This document shows positions 18,587 through 27,502 of a stretch of 40,167 nt of DNA, one piece after another. The stretch lies in the UHGV virus genome UHGV-1350284; one strand, 5' to 3'. The notes under the pieces were generated by a model. It was not told where the DNA came from, ran no database searches, and saw only the letters and a program-made list of their open reading frames with translations. The position numbers and the translations under genes are program-made. Every line of letters starts with the position of its first letter. Position 1 is the stretch's first letter. This stretch comes from a virus.

Positions 18587-20848
18587 ATGACGGTCTCAAC
18601 CGAAGTCGACCATAACGACTACACAGGGAACGGCGTTACCACATCTTTCCCGTACACGTTCCGTATCTTCAAGAAGTCAGATCTCACCGTCCAGGTAGCT
18701 GACCTTAACGAAAATATTACGGTGCTGACTCTGGATACCGATTACTCCGTTACCGGGGCTGGTACCTATTCTGGCGGGAATGTTGTGCTGATGTCACCGC
18801 TGGCCAACGGATGGCAGATTTCTATCTCGCGTGACCTTCCCGTTACCCAGGAGACTGACCTACGCAACCAGGGGAAGTTCTTCGCAGAGGTCCATGAGGA
18901 TGCGTTCGACAAGCTGACGATGCTGATACAGCAGTGCTTCGGCTTCCTTCGCCTGGCGCTACGCAAGCCATCATTTATCGCTAACTATTACGATGCGTTG
19001 AATAACCGCATTAGAAACCTGCGTGACCCGTCACAGGCGCAGGATGCTGCGACGAAGAGCTATGTTGATACAACCGGTGCAGAAAATTTAAGCCACACAT
19101 TACGCTTCCCCGAAGCAGTAGATGCGATGTTGAATGTTGACTTTCGGGCTAATTCCTTGCAGGGATATAATACGCATGGTAAGCCTATTCCTGTCTTTTC
19201 TATGACTGATACTGCAGATCTCGCTCTCAAATTAGCTTCTAATATTGGCCCTGGGTTGATTGGGTTTGACATAGATCAAATATACCCTGCGGATACTATT
19301 GGTAGAAAATTAAATAACGATTTCTATGTGTCTCAAAATCTACAGGATTATTATGACAAGCATGGTAATTGGGATGATGCTATTTTTGAGGCGCAATGCA
19401 ATATTGTAATCAAAAATTACTCACCAATAATCACGCTACCTGCAAAGGTCATGGTTTTCAATAAGCCAATTCTTGGTGGACGTGCTCTTGGTGATGCAAT
19501 TCACGCAGCACATCCAGAGCTTAATTTTTATAACCCATCAACAGACACTTATGCGAAGACGTGGCCATTAATGCTAATAGGTGCCAGAGCGAGATGGGCT
19601 GAAGGAATACTCTTTGAAGGCGTAGGTTCTCAGATAGTTTTCTCTGGGTGTGCAACGCAGCGCGACTACACATATCAGAATTCTGCTGCAATATATAGTG
19701 GGCCAACAAACCCATATGATAGGAAAACACAAAAGGAAGTTTCACAAATAAAATGGTTTGACACGATATACATGCAAGATGTGAACGTCAGATGCTTAAA
19801 CAAGGATTCATCACGCCTTGGGAAAGTGCACGGAATAGTATCCCTCAGTGGTAAATGCCTCCTTAAAAATATAGCAGTATATCAGTTTTACGGGGCAGGT
19901 ATTTACCTTGACTGGAACTTTGAACCTATTGTTGAAGGCTGCGCTGTTATTCAGTGTGGGCGTATGGCAGATGCCCTTCCGGGACCTGGGGTTACTGACG
20001 ATTTTATTACGCTAGGACGTACCGCCAAAGAGTATCAAACATATGGTGCTGTACATGTTGGATACTCAGCGGCAGGAACTGACAACTCAAACTTTGTGTC
20101 ATTCCGAGATCTTCATTTGGAAGATAATTATTACTGCGCTGCTGATGTTATAGTCTCAGGAAATTCATCACCAGTCAGAATTTATGATGTGCATTTTGAG
20201 TGCGACCCAATAGCAATTGGCGAGCTTTCACAAAAATGGGTTATCACATCAGGGCAATATGGCGTCAGGTATTTCGGGCAGGATACCGAGCCAGGCTTTA
20301 ATCCTGCAGTCACTCCATACACCACCAGGGCTGGATATACCACCTTAAATAATGTAGCTGGGTACAGTGCTAATTATGCTGGTTTTTATGGTTCTAGAGG
20401 TACTTCAGGATGCATAGCAGATAATTGTTTTTTCCCTAACGTTGGTAATGTGGAAGTTATCGGGCTTAATGCAAACGCATATTTTTATGCAAATAGTTGT
20501 TCATTTGGTAGTGTGGTGTTCAGCGGTGGTAACGCTAACCTTCAGCCTCTAAAATTAACTGGCTGCAGTGTTTCTTCTATAAGAATGAGTTATGCATATG
20601 GTTATAAATTAGTAAGCACAGAGGTATCTGGAGCCATAACGATTACTAGTGAATTAAGTAATCAGGCTGCTGGATGGCACCACTCCAACGTGAGTGCAGG
20701 AAGCATATCTGCCGTTATTAATTATGGTAGTGGAGACTTGTCTTTAACATCAACAAGCGTGGCCTCTAACATAGTTTGTTATCTAGGGAGCATAGAACTA
20801 CCACGTTATTCTTACTATAACGCTGTAACTCTTGGAGGTGCTTCATAA
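18587..20848 (+). CDS. Tail fiber/tailspike. N-terminal T7 gp17-like adaptor domain, C-terminal low-GC beta-helix (pectate-lyase/depolymerase-like) receptor-binding part.
   Basis: 753 aa. N-terminus ...NGVTTSFPYTF...TLDTDYSV... GC drops sharply from about 19060. Confidence 0.8.
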   Translation: MTVSTEVDHNDYTGNGVTTSFPYTFRIFKKSDLTVQVADLNENITVLTLDTDYSVTGAGTYSGGNVVLMSPLANGWQISISRDLPVTQETDLRNQGKFFAEVHEDAFDKLTMLIQQCFGFLRLALRKPSFIANYYDALNNRIRNLRDPSQAQDAATKSYVDTTGAENLSHTLRFPEAVDAMLNVDFRANSLQGYNTHGKPIPVFSMTDTADLALKLASNIGPGLIGFDIDQIYPADTIGRKLNNDFYVSQNLQDYYDKHGNWDDAIFEAQCNIVIKNYSPIITLPAKVMVFNKPILGGRALGDAIHAAHPELNFYNPSTDTYAKTWPLMLIGARARWAEGILFEGVGSQIVFSGCATQRDYTYQNSAAIYSGPTNPYDRKTQKEVSQIKWFDTIYMQDVNVRCLNKDSSRLGKVHGIVSLSGKCLLKNIAVYQFYGAGIYLDWNFEPIVEGCAVIQCGRMADALPGPGVTDDFITLGRTAKEYQTYGAVHVGYSAAGTDNSNFVSFRDLHLEDNYYCAADVIVSGNSSPVRIYDVHFECDPIAIGELSQKWVITSGQYGVRYFGQDTEPGFNPAVTPYTTRAGYTTLNNVAGYSANYAGFYGSRGTSGCIADNCFFPNVGNVEVIGLNANAYFYANSCSFGSVVFSGGNANLQPLKLTGCSVSSIRMSYAYGYKLVSTEVSGAITITSELSNQAAGWHHSNVSAGSISAVINYGSGDLSLTSTSVASNIVCYLGSIELPRYSYYNAVTLGGAS

Positions 20849-21159
20849 TGGGCGTTAAAATAGGCCAGTTAATATCTTTGCCGTCAATAAATATTAACCT
20901 TGTTGTTATACCTGGTGACTATATCCTGCCATCAGCGAATACCTATACAAATCTCCCATCGGCTTTAGCGGGAAGATCTACATTCATGTCAGTAAGATAC
21001 GAAAATTCAAATACGACAATACTTACTCAGGAGTTGAAGCCGGCAGGTGCGGGCGCTCAGTCAATCTATCGTAGAACTGGCTCCCAAGTTGAAGGATTTA
21101 CTCTGCACGGACCCTTTGTTTTTAACGGTTGGTACTCGTTTGTTGGCACTGTTGTTTAA
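20848..21159 (+). CDS. Hypothetical protein (103 aa), low GC, ATGA-coupled to the tailspike gene
   Basis: Start overlaps the tailspike stop (TAATG). Confidence 0.5.
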   Translation: MGVKIGQLISLPSININLVVIPGDYILPSANTYTNLPSALAGRSTFMSVRYENSNTTILTQELKPAGAGAQSIYRRTGSQVEGFTLHGPFVFNGWYSFVGTVV

Positions 21160-21173
21160 AGGAGAGCGTTAAA

Positions 21174-21455
21174 ATGCCATTCACATTAAGTAAGGTTTTG
21201 AAAGTAAATAAATCATACCCTGAAATTCTTCTGGAAGTTGATAACGGCTCAGTAACAGTAGATGTCACGTACACGGTTATTGCTCTCGAGAGCATGACTG
21301 AAAACACTGCTACTGTCTGGTATCAGCGTACTGTTAGCGGGGTAATGTCAGCCCTGAAACAAACTTTCAGCTTCCAATATAGCGGTGATGGCAACCCTAT
21401 TGAAGAAGGAGAAAGGGCCTTAATGGAGCATATGACAAAGGCGGTGGTCAGCTAA
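21174..21455 (+). CDS. Hypothetical protein (93 aa), low GC
   Basis: RBS GGAGAG 7 nt upstream of the ATG at 21174. Confidence 0.5.
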   Translation: MPFTLSKVLKVNKSYPEILLEVDNGSVTVDVTYTVIALESMTENTATVWYQRTVSGVMSALKQTFSFQYSGDGNPIEEGERALMEHMTKAVVS

Positions 21456-21604
21456 GAGTAATAAAATTATTAAATTATTTTTATCAACCAGTTGCGCGAT
21501 GATCATCTTAACAATTTTTGTTGATAATTACCTTTTATTCATATTGGAATTATTGTGTATGATGAGCTTACCAAACTAAGGAGGTTCATCATGCACAGTA
21601 AGCG

Positions 21605-22018
21605 GTGGTCATCATGTCTGCATCGCTAACCGCTGATACAATAAATCAGGGGCTTAGCTACGGTGCGCTGGCGGCAGTCATCGCCGGCGTACCTCCAGAA
21701 GTGGCACTGGGATCGCTGGCCGGGGCGGTAATTTTTGTTACCTCTGCGATCGAGTATCCTATCAGGCGCCGCGTTCTCCTGGCGCTACTTAGCTTTCTCT
21801 GCGGTCTTCTCTTCTACAAACCCACAGCTTCAATTCTCATTGGCCTGGCAAGCATGATCCCCACTATCACGCAGGACTCTTTTGAACGGGGCATCGTTTA
21901 TTCCGCTGGCGCTTTTGTGGCGTCAATTGTCGCCGTGCGCGTTGGCATCTGGCTGTATCACCGTTCTGATAATCCGCGCGATTTAATCCCGGGAGGAAAA
22001 GACGATGACAGGCCATGA
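21605..22018 (+). CDS. Putative holin (multi-TM membrane protein), possible dual start GTG 21605 / ATG 21614
   Basis: 3-4 hydrophobic helices. Immediately upstream of the second membrane protein and the endolysin. Confidence 0.55.
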   Translation: MVIMSASLTADTINQGLSYGALAAVIAGVPPEVALGSLAGAVIFVTSAIEYPIRRRVLLALLSFLCGLLFYKPTASILIGLASMIPTITQDSFERGIVYSAGAFVASIVAVRVGIWLYHRSDNPRDLIPGGKDDDRP

Positions 22019-22310
22019 TCTGCTGCTGATCGCTAATGCCCTCATCTGCGGCGGGATAGCGCTGCGGGTGATGTTCTTCCAGCGCAACGGATCGCGCCAC
22101 CGCCGCTGGGGCGGGTGGATCGCCTATTTCCTCATCGTGGCTGCGGCCAGTATCCCGCTGCGTACCGCGTACTCATACCTGTACCACTTCCCTATGACCG
22201 CAGATCTTTCAGAGGTCGTTATCAATGCTGTGATGTTCGCCGCGGTGCTGAAGACGCGCGGCAACGTCGTGCAAATCTTCAAGATATCGAGGTCGCAACA
22301 TGGACATTAA
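22005..22310 (+). CDS. Second lysis membrane protein (holin or antiholin-like, 101 aa, 3 TM)
   Basis: RBS GGGAGG. It overlaps both neighbouring genes. Confidence 0.5.
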   Translation: MTGHDLLLIANALICGGIALRVMFFQRNGSRHRRWGGWIAYFLIVAAASIPLRTAYSYLYHFPMTADLSEVVINAVMFAAVLKTRGNVVQIFKISRSQHGH

Positions 22311-22929
22311 CGAGTTTCATAAAGCTGCCGGCATTAGCCTGGCGCTGGCCACACGCTGGCATCCGCACATTGTGGCTGCCATGAAAGAGTTTGGCATTGT
22401 CAAGCCGTTGGATCAGGCGATGTTTATTGCCCAGGCCGGGCATGAAAGCAATGGCTTTACCCAGCTCGTTGAGAGCTTCAATTACAGCGTGGCGGGGCTG
22501 GCTGGTTTCGTCCGTGCCGGGCGGCTGACGCAGGGCCAGGCTAATTCCCTCGGGCGCCGGCAGGGTGAACCATCGTTGCCACTGGAGAGGCAGCGGGCCA
22601 TTGCCAATCTGGTGTACAGCAAACGCATGGGGAATAACGGACCGACCGACGGCTGGTTTTACCGCGGGCGCGGTCTCATCCAGACCACCGGACTGAACAA
22701 CTACCGCGATTGCGGGGCTGCCCTGAAGGTGGATTTGGTTAAGCAGCCGGAGCTGCTGGCGCAGGACGAGTATGCAGCGCGGAGCGCGGCGTGGTACTTC
22801 GTGAAATATGGATGCCTGAAGTACACCGACGACCTGATGCGCGTCACGCAGATCATCAATGGCGGCCAGAATGGTTTAGACGATCGCCGTGTGCGTTACC
22901 TGTCGGCCAAGAAGGTACTGGCATCATGA
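22300..22929 (+). CDS. Endolysin, glycoside hydrolase family 19 (chitinase-like)
   Basis: Motifs FIAQAGHESNGF and YRGRGLIQTTGLNNY. Confidence 0.85.
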   Translation: MDINEFHKAAGISLALATRWHPHIVAAMKEFGIVKPLDQAMFIAQAGHESNGFTQLVESFNYSVAGLAGFVRAGRLTQGQANSLGRRQGEPSLPLERQRAIANLVYSKRMGNNGPTDGWFYRGRGLIQTTGLNNYRDCGAALKVDLVKQPELLAQDEYAARSAAWYFVKYGCLKYTDDLMRVTQIINGGQNGLDDRRVRYLSAKKVLAS

Positions 22930-23408
22930 TTACGGCATTCATGAAAGCGTACTGGAAACAGCTGCTTATCGTGTCGATGCTTGCTGCTCTGGTGGCCGGC
23001 GGCATTGTAGCCTGGAATATTCACGGTGACAGACAGTACGACGCCGGGTATGCGCAGGCGAAGGCAGACCGCAAAGCAGAAGATGATAAAGCCCGTCAAC
23101 ATGATGAACAGGAGAAAGCAACCAATGAACGTGAAGCGCAGCAGAGGATCGACCAGGCGCGCAATGATGCTCTTGATGCTGCCGCTCGCGCTGGCCGGCT
23201 GCAGCAGCAGCTCGTTGCCATCCGTGAGCAGCTCAGGCAGTATAACGCCACTGTCGGCGCTGGGTCGTCAGCCGCAGACACCGGAGTTTTGCTTGCCGAC
23301 GTGCTCGAAAAATCTCTCGAACGAAACCGGCAACTGGCAGAATACGCTGACCGGGCAGCTGAAGCCGGAAGGGTCTGTGAAAGACAGTACGATGAACTAA
23401 CCAGGTAG
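22926..23408 (+). CDS. i-spanin (Rz-like): N-terminal TM, coiled coil
   Basis: ATGA overlap with the endolysin. Charged coiled-coil periplasmic domain. Confidence 0.75.
   Translation: MITAFMKAYWKQLLIVSMLAALVAGGIVAWNIHGDRQYDAGYAQAKADRKAEDDKARQHDEQEKATNEREAQQRIDQARNDALDAAARAGRLQQQLVAIREQLRQYNATVGAGSSAADTGVLLADVLEKSLERNRQLAEYADRAAEAGRVCERQYDELTR
23125..23400 (+). CDS. o-spanin (Rz1-like lipoprotein) embedded in the +1 frame of the Rz gene
   Basis: Lipobox LALAGC after a signal peptide. Pro-rich mature part. RBS AGGAGAAA. Confidence 0.8.
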   Translation: MNVKRSRGSTRRAMMLLMLPLALAGCSSSSLPSVSSSGSITPLSALGRQPQTPEFCLPTCSKNLSNETGNWQNTLTGQLKPEGSVKDSTMN

Positions 23409-23724
23409 CATGGTATTTTTCATGGTACTGTTTCCTGGTGACGGTATATAAAACGGTACGCAGAATTTATCGTTTCATAAACTTGTTTTCAGTCAATTGG
23501 TTACGAGTGCTGTAAATAATTGAGTGGGAATGATTAACGGCTACCTTATAGCTAATCATATCTACTCAAATTGAAATGCAACCCTCTGTTTTTGCAGAGG
23601 GTTTTTCTTTATATCACACCATATCAATTCACTCTATCTCACATTTTTTGACGGTATACATGACGGTATTACCATTACGGTATACTCTCGTACTGTCAGA
23701 AAAATGATGCATCACGGGTGAAAT
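23408..23724. other. attP-like region. Direct repeats A(T/C)GGTA(T/C) x4 at 23410-23460 and ACGGTAT x3 at 23651-23683 with 13-bp spacing (arm-type sites) flank an about 180-bp core that contains a terminator.
   Basis: Two clusters of same-orientation heptamer repeats adjacent to the integrase start. Confidence 0.5.
23582..23610 (+). terminator. Rho-independent terminator CCCTCTG-TTTTTG-CAGAGGG followed by TTTTTCTTT, after the lysis operon
   Basis: 7-bp stem and a 9-nt T-tract. Confidence 0.7.
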
Positions 23725-24975
23725 GTGCTTACCGATACCAAACTCAAAAACCTGAAACCGCAGGGCAAAATGTACAAGGTCTCCGATCGAGACGGGCTGT
23801 ATGTTGCCGTGCTCACGTCAGGCACAGTCTCGTTCCGGTACGACTACAAGATCAACGGCCGCCGGGAAACTCTGGTCATCGGGCAGTATGGTCGTGACGG
23901 TATCAGCCTTGCAGAAGCGCGGGAAGAACTCATTGCCGCAAAAAAACTGCTTAAGGCAGGCCAGTCGCCAGCTGCGGCTAAGCGTGACGGTATCAGAAAG
24001 ATCCGCGGCGCTGAGACATTCGCGGTACATACCGACAGTTACATGAAACACGTTGTTCTGGCTGACAGCACCAGAGCAATGAAGCAGGCGGTTATTGACA
24101 GGGATATTCTCCCGGCGCTGGGGAATAAGCTGATGTCTGAAATCACTACACCTATGGTTCGTGACCTCTGCGATCGGATAGTCGAGCGCGGAGGCCGAGC
24201 GACGGCGGTGCAGGCGCGCGAAATAATCAGTAGCGTTTACCGGTATGCAAACGACCGAGGGCACGGATTATTCAACCCTGCAGCAGATATCAAACCTTCG
24301 GCTATCGCCATGTTTAAACCGCGCGACCGTTGCCTGCAGCCTGAAGAAATAGGCGTTCTGTTCAGGGCGCTGAATACCGTCAGCACGTTGCCAACTTTAA
24401 AACTGGCGGTAAAGCTCATCCTGATCACTATGGTGCGCAAAACCGAGTTCATCATGGCGACGTGGAAAGAAGTGGATTTCAGCAAAGGCACATGGACGAT
24501 ACCCTCTGACAGAATGAAAGGCAGCAGGTCACATGTCATCTATCTGCCGTCACAGGCGCAGGATCTGATGGTAGGCCTGCAGATGTGCGCTGGTGGCAGT
24601 GACTATCTTCTGCCCGGGCGCTACAGCACCAGTAAGCCGTTATCCAATGCTGCTCTGAACTCAGTCATCGATCGCGCGGTTGCTGCGGCAGAGGATGCCG
24701 GGGATAACCTGCAACCTCTAACAGTGCACGACCTGCGGCGCACAGCGAGCACGCTTTTGCATGAAGCGGGATTCCCGTCAGACTGGATAGAGAAGGCGCT
24801 TGCGCATGAACAGAAGGGCGTGAGGGCTGTTTACAATAAGGCTGAGTATTCCCGGCAGCGGGCCTACATGCTGCAGCAGTGGGCAAATATGGTTGATGCA
24901 TGGATAAACGGGGAGCATTACGACCTGGTGCCGTTCTCCCCGTCTGCATTTGAAAAGTGGATGAATGAACAATAG
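23725..24975 (+). CDS. int: Tyrosine integrase, P4-type
   Basis: GTG start. N-terminus MLTDTKLKNLKP...YKVSDRDGLYV (arm-binding domain). C-terminal HDLRRT...LAH...Y catalytic motifs. Confidence 0.9.
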   Translation: MLTDTKLKNLKPQGKMYKVSDRDGLYVAVLTSGTVSFRYDYKINGRRETLVIGQYGRDGISLAEAREELIAAKKLLKAGQSPAAAKRDGIRKIRGAETFAVHTDSYMKHVVLADSTRAMKQAVIDRDILPALGNKLMSEITTPMVRDLCDRIVERGGRATAVQAREIISSVYRYANDRGHGLFNPAADIKPSAIAMFKPRDRCLQPEEIGVLFRALNTVSTLPTLKLAVKLILITMVRKTEFIMATWKEVDFSKGTWTIPSDRMKGSRSHVIYLPSQAQDLMVGLQMCAGGSDYLLPGRYSTSKPLSNAALNSVIDRAVAAAEDAGDNLQPLTVHDLRRTASTLLHEAGFPSDWIEKALAHEQKGVRAVYNKAEYSRQRAYMLQQWANMVDAWINGEHYDLVPFSPSAFEKWMNEQ

Positions 24976-24991
24976 TCCGCCCGTAGGCGGC

Positions 24992-25183
24992 TCATTGTGT
25001 CGCCTGCGAAGAACTCTCAAAGAGTCCGCGCAGGAACTTAACCATCGCGTTTGCAGAATCCCGCTGCTCACGGTAGCGCGCCGCTTCTCTCTGCAGGTGA
25101 ATGATCTCACCATTCCTCTGGTTGATAATGGCGCGCGCCTCTTCGAGCTGTCGTATCAGCGAGGCCTCTTCGGCAATGTTCAT
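24992..25183 (-). CDS. Small coiled-coil protein (63 aa), last gene of the leftward operon
   Basis: ATGA overlap with the Dam-like gene. Confidence 0.45.
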   Translation of the reverse strand: MNIAEEASLIRQLEEARAIINQRNGEIIHLQREAARYREQRDSANAMVKFLRGLFESSSQATQ

Positions 25184-25773
25184 GCGGCCTCCGTCTTCAC
25201 TACCGGCACAGCGCAGCCTGGCAGCAACTCAACCGCAGGCGCCGTGCACTGATTCCCCCACACATCGAAACCGTGAGACGACTGGCGGGCGAAGAGCTCA
25301 ATGCGCGGGACATCGCCAAGCAGCTGCACCAGTTTCTCGCGTATAACGTCCGGTTTGCGCGAGTTCTCCAGGCGCGGCGCCGTGACGTGCTGGCAAATTG
25401 ATGCGTCCATGCGGGCCGGTAGTTTCCCGCGCACCGCAAACAGGCAGTCTTCGCTGTTCGCCCGGGTCATATGTCCCATGCCGATCGCACTGTTCCCTTT
25501 ATACTTGTTCGTCTTGTGCCAGGTGAATCCCTTCATGGTCATCAGGCGAAATCCCCAGGCCTCCATGACTTTCAGCGCCTCTACCGGCTGAGTCGGTACC
25601 CACCACATAGCCAGAAGGCAATCTTCGGCTGCGAGCTCCCATACTGGCAGCCGGCAGATATCAAGAACGTTCATAACGGGATATTTGAACCCGGCGCCGC
25701 GGTCACCGTCGGCTGCCTTGTCGCGGTATGCCCATGGCGGATCAGCATAGATCAGGGTGTATTTTCCGCTCAT
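25180..25773 (-). CDS. N6-adenine DNA methyltransferase, MT-A70 family (DPPW motif)
   Basis: YTLIYADPPWAY motif. RBS GAAGG. Confidence 0.85.
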   Translation of the reverse strand: MSGKYTLIYADPPWAYRDKAADGDRGAGFKYPVMNVLDICRLPVWELAAEDCLLAMWWVPTQPVEALKVMEAWGFRLMTMKGFTWHKTNKYKGNSAIGMGHMTRANSEDCLFAVRGKLPARMDASICQHVTAPRLENSRKPDVIREKLVQLLGDVPRIELFARQSSHGFDVWGNQCTAPAVELLPGCAVPVVKTEAA

Positions 25774-25928
25774 GCTGACACCTTCTTGCTATTCAGTTGC
25801 TCCGCCAGTCGCTGAGCCTTCAGCGGGTTCTGGATAACCTGGCCGCCGGGCGCCAGCCAGCCACGGCGCACGGACGAATAAACCAGCGTGATACTGCCTA
25901 CGCGAATGCTGTCGTGTGGGTTAGTCAT
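25770..25928 (-). CDS. Unannotated small ORF (52 aa), ATGA-coupled to the methyltransferase gene
   Basis: Manual translation gives MTNPHDSIRVGSITLVYSSVRRGWLAPGGQVIQNPLKAQRLAEQLNSKKVSA. RBS GGGGTGA. It falls below the ORF-track size cut-off. Confidence 0.35.
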   Translation of the reverse strand: MTNPHDSIRVGSITLVYSSVRRGWLAPGGQVIQNPLKAQRLAEQLNSKKVSA

Positions 25929-26214
25929 AAATCACCCCGGCTGTGGCGCAGATCCCGGCATAGCATCCCTGGCGAAGCCGGTTCCCGCGGCCAATGCACT
26001 GATCGCGGCGTATAGCGATACGGGCCCGCTCAACCTCGCCAGTGGCCGCATCCATGCACTCAAGCCAGAGGCGAGCGGCCAGGCGGTACTGGCCTTTGTT
26101 CTCGCGAGCAATAGCGCGCTGCTCGATCTCCATTGCCGCCGGCGTTACGGCGACAAGAGGGGGCGCTTTGCGCTGCGAGACATAATCCGCGTGGTATTTT
26201 TCCATCCGATTCAT
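25921..26214 (-). CDS. PerC-like small regulator (motif GQYRLAARLWLECMD)
   Basis: Internal ATG at 26214 with RBS GAGAGGG. The longer ORF upstream lacks a plausible start. Confidence 0.4.
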   Translation of the reverse strand: MNRMEKYHADYVSQRKAPPLVAVTPAAMEIEQRAIARENKGQYRLAARLWLECMDAATGEVERARIAIRRDQCIGRGNRLRQGCYAGICATAGVIYD

Positions 26215-26323
26215 CGTATCCAACCCTCTCGAAAAATGACCGCCAGCAGGAACAGCCAGGCGGATATGGCGGCCAGGTACAGAAACCATCCTGACCACCT
26301 TTCCCAGTACCTCGCCAGCGACG

Positions 26324-26572
26324 TCACGCCGCGTTACCAACCTGGCGAAATACTCGCTGCTCAACCGGAGGCTTTTTTCCAGCAAACTCCGTTGTGCCGT
26401 TCTGCTGACGTTCATCAAGCCAGCGCTCGATCTCTTCGCTGTTCCAGGCACAGCGCTTGTCAGTGATCCAGAAACGCTTAGGGAACTCCCCGTTTTTCTC
26501 CATGCGGTCGATAGTGCTCATCGATACGGGCACCACCGCTAGCAGTTCCTTTTTGCCTAATGCACCTTTCAT
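26324..26572 (-). CDS. AlpA-family DNA-binding protein (putative excisionase or transcriptional regulator)
   Basis: ...LLAVVPVSMSTIDRMEKNGEFPKR...WNSEEIERWLDER pattern. Confidence 0.65.
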   Translation of the reverse strand: MKGALGKKELLAVVPVSMSTIDRMEKNGEFPKRFWITDKRCAWNSEEIERWLDERQQNGTTEFAGKKPPVEQRVFRQVGNAA

Positions 26573-26620
26573 CGTTACCTCTCTTTTTTCAGTGCGGCGC
26601 CGGGCGCGCCGCGGTGGTGA

Positions 26621-27502
26621 TTACATAGGGACTTCGTTCAGTTCGTCTTTGCGGATGCCGTATACATCGGTGGCAGCGTCCAGTAACTCCTGGTTACCAG
26701 CCAGACGGTGGGCCGCGTATTTGTAGGCCTTGTCCAGTTCTGCAACGTTACGAGCCGCCATAGCCGCAGAAGAGAAGCCAGAGAGAATGTCTTCTGGGGC
26801 GCGGTCGTCAGTCTTTTTCGCCTTCTCTTCATGGTGCTGATCAGGGTGAGAATTGATCAGCTGATTCATCCCCGCAGCGGTGCTAGCCGGTGGCGTAATG
26901 TCGCGCTCAACACGCGGTGCTGCTTCCTGCAATTCGTCAGGGGTGTAGACGCCAAGGAGAACATCAGGGGCGTGCAGGCGTGCCCAGCGCTTAACGCACA
27001 GGTAAGCCAGTTGCTGACGCGGATCCTGCTCCCAGAGTGGTGAGTTGCGCACTCCGGCTTGCGCCATGCTGATGGTCAGGGTGCGAGGCTCCGATTCGCC
27101 TTTAAGGGTTGCCCACACTGTCACTGTCAGGCTCGGAGATTTGTCGGTTTTCCCGCTTACTTTTGACCAGTCGCCATCCCATTTGTAGTTCAGGCGAGTG
27201 GCCAGAAGGTTTGAGGAAGAGACAACCGCACTAACCAGTTGCGCTTCATAGCCCAGCGTGCCGTTAACCACATGGGTTTTCTGCGCCACCGCGAACGGGT
27301 TCATTCCCCACTGCGCCGCCTGCATAGTGACTGCCAGGCAATCAGCTGGCTTTCCAGCGAGGTGCGCCGGAACGGTTGCTTTGCTGTCAGCCATCAGGGT
27401 GGCAAATCGCACCAGGCGATCCATCCCTTCCGGGCTGAAGATTGCCGCTGCGGTGCCGACGGTAGCGCCAGGCTGAGAAGTGATTGCGATATCGTTGCTC
27501 AT
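26621..27502 (-). CDS. Single-strand annealing protein, RecT/Redbeta (Bet) family
   Basis: The C-terminal ...PLWEQDP...KRWARL...ERDITP resembles lambda Bet. ATGA overlap with the exonuclease gene. Confidence 0.8.
   Translation of the reverse strand: MSNDIAITSQPGATVGTAAAIFSPEGMDRLVRFATLMADSKATVPAHLAGKPADCLAVTMQAAQWGMNPFAVAQKTHVVNGTLGYEAQLVSAVVSSSNLLATRLNYKWDGDWSKVSGKTDKSPSLTVTVWATLKGESEPRTLTISMAQAGVRNSPLWEQDPRQQLAYLCVKRWARLHAPDVLLGVYTPDELQEAAPRVERDITPPASTAAGMNQLINSHPDQHHEEKAKKTDDRAPEDILSGFSSAAMAARNVAELDKAYKYAAHRLAGNQELLDAATDVYGIRKDELNEVPM

Noticed and set aside
23431-23700. Additional LexA boxes (CTGT motifs at 23433 and 23683) and LexA-like spacing elsewhere
   Set aside because: The right half-site (ACAG) is missing at the required 8-bp spacing.
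26593-26612. GC-rich hairpin GCGGCGCCGGGCGCGCCGC upstream of the AlpA-like gene as a terminator
   Set aside because: No U-tract on either strand in the proper position. Probably just structured leader sequence.
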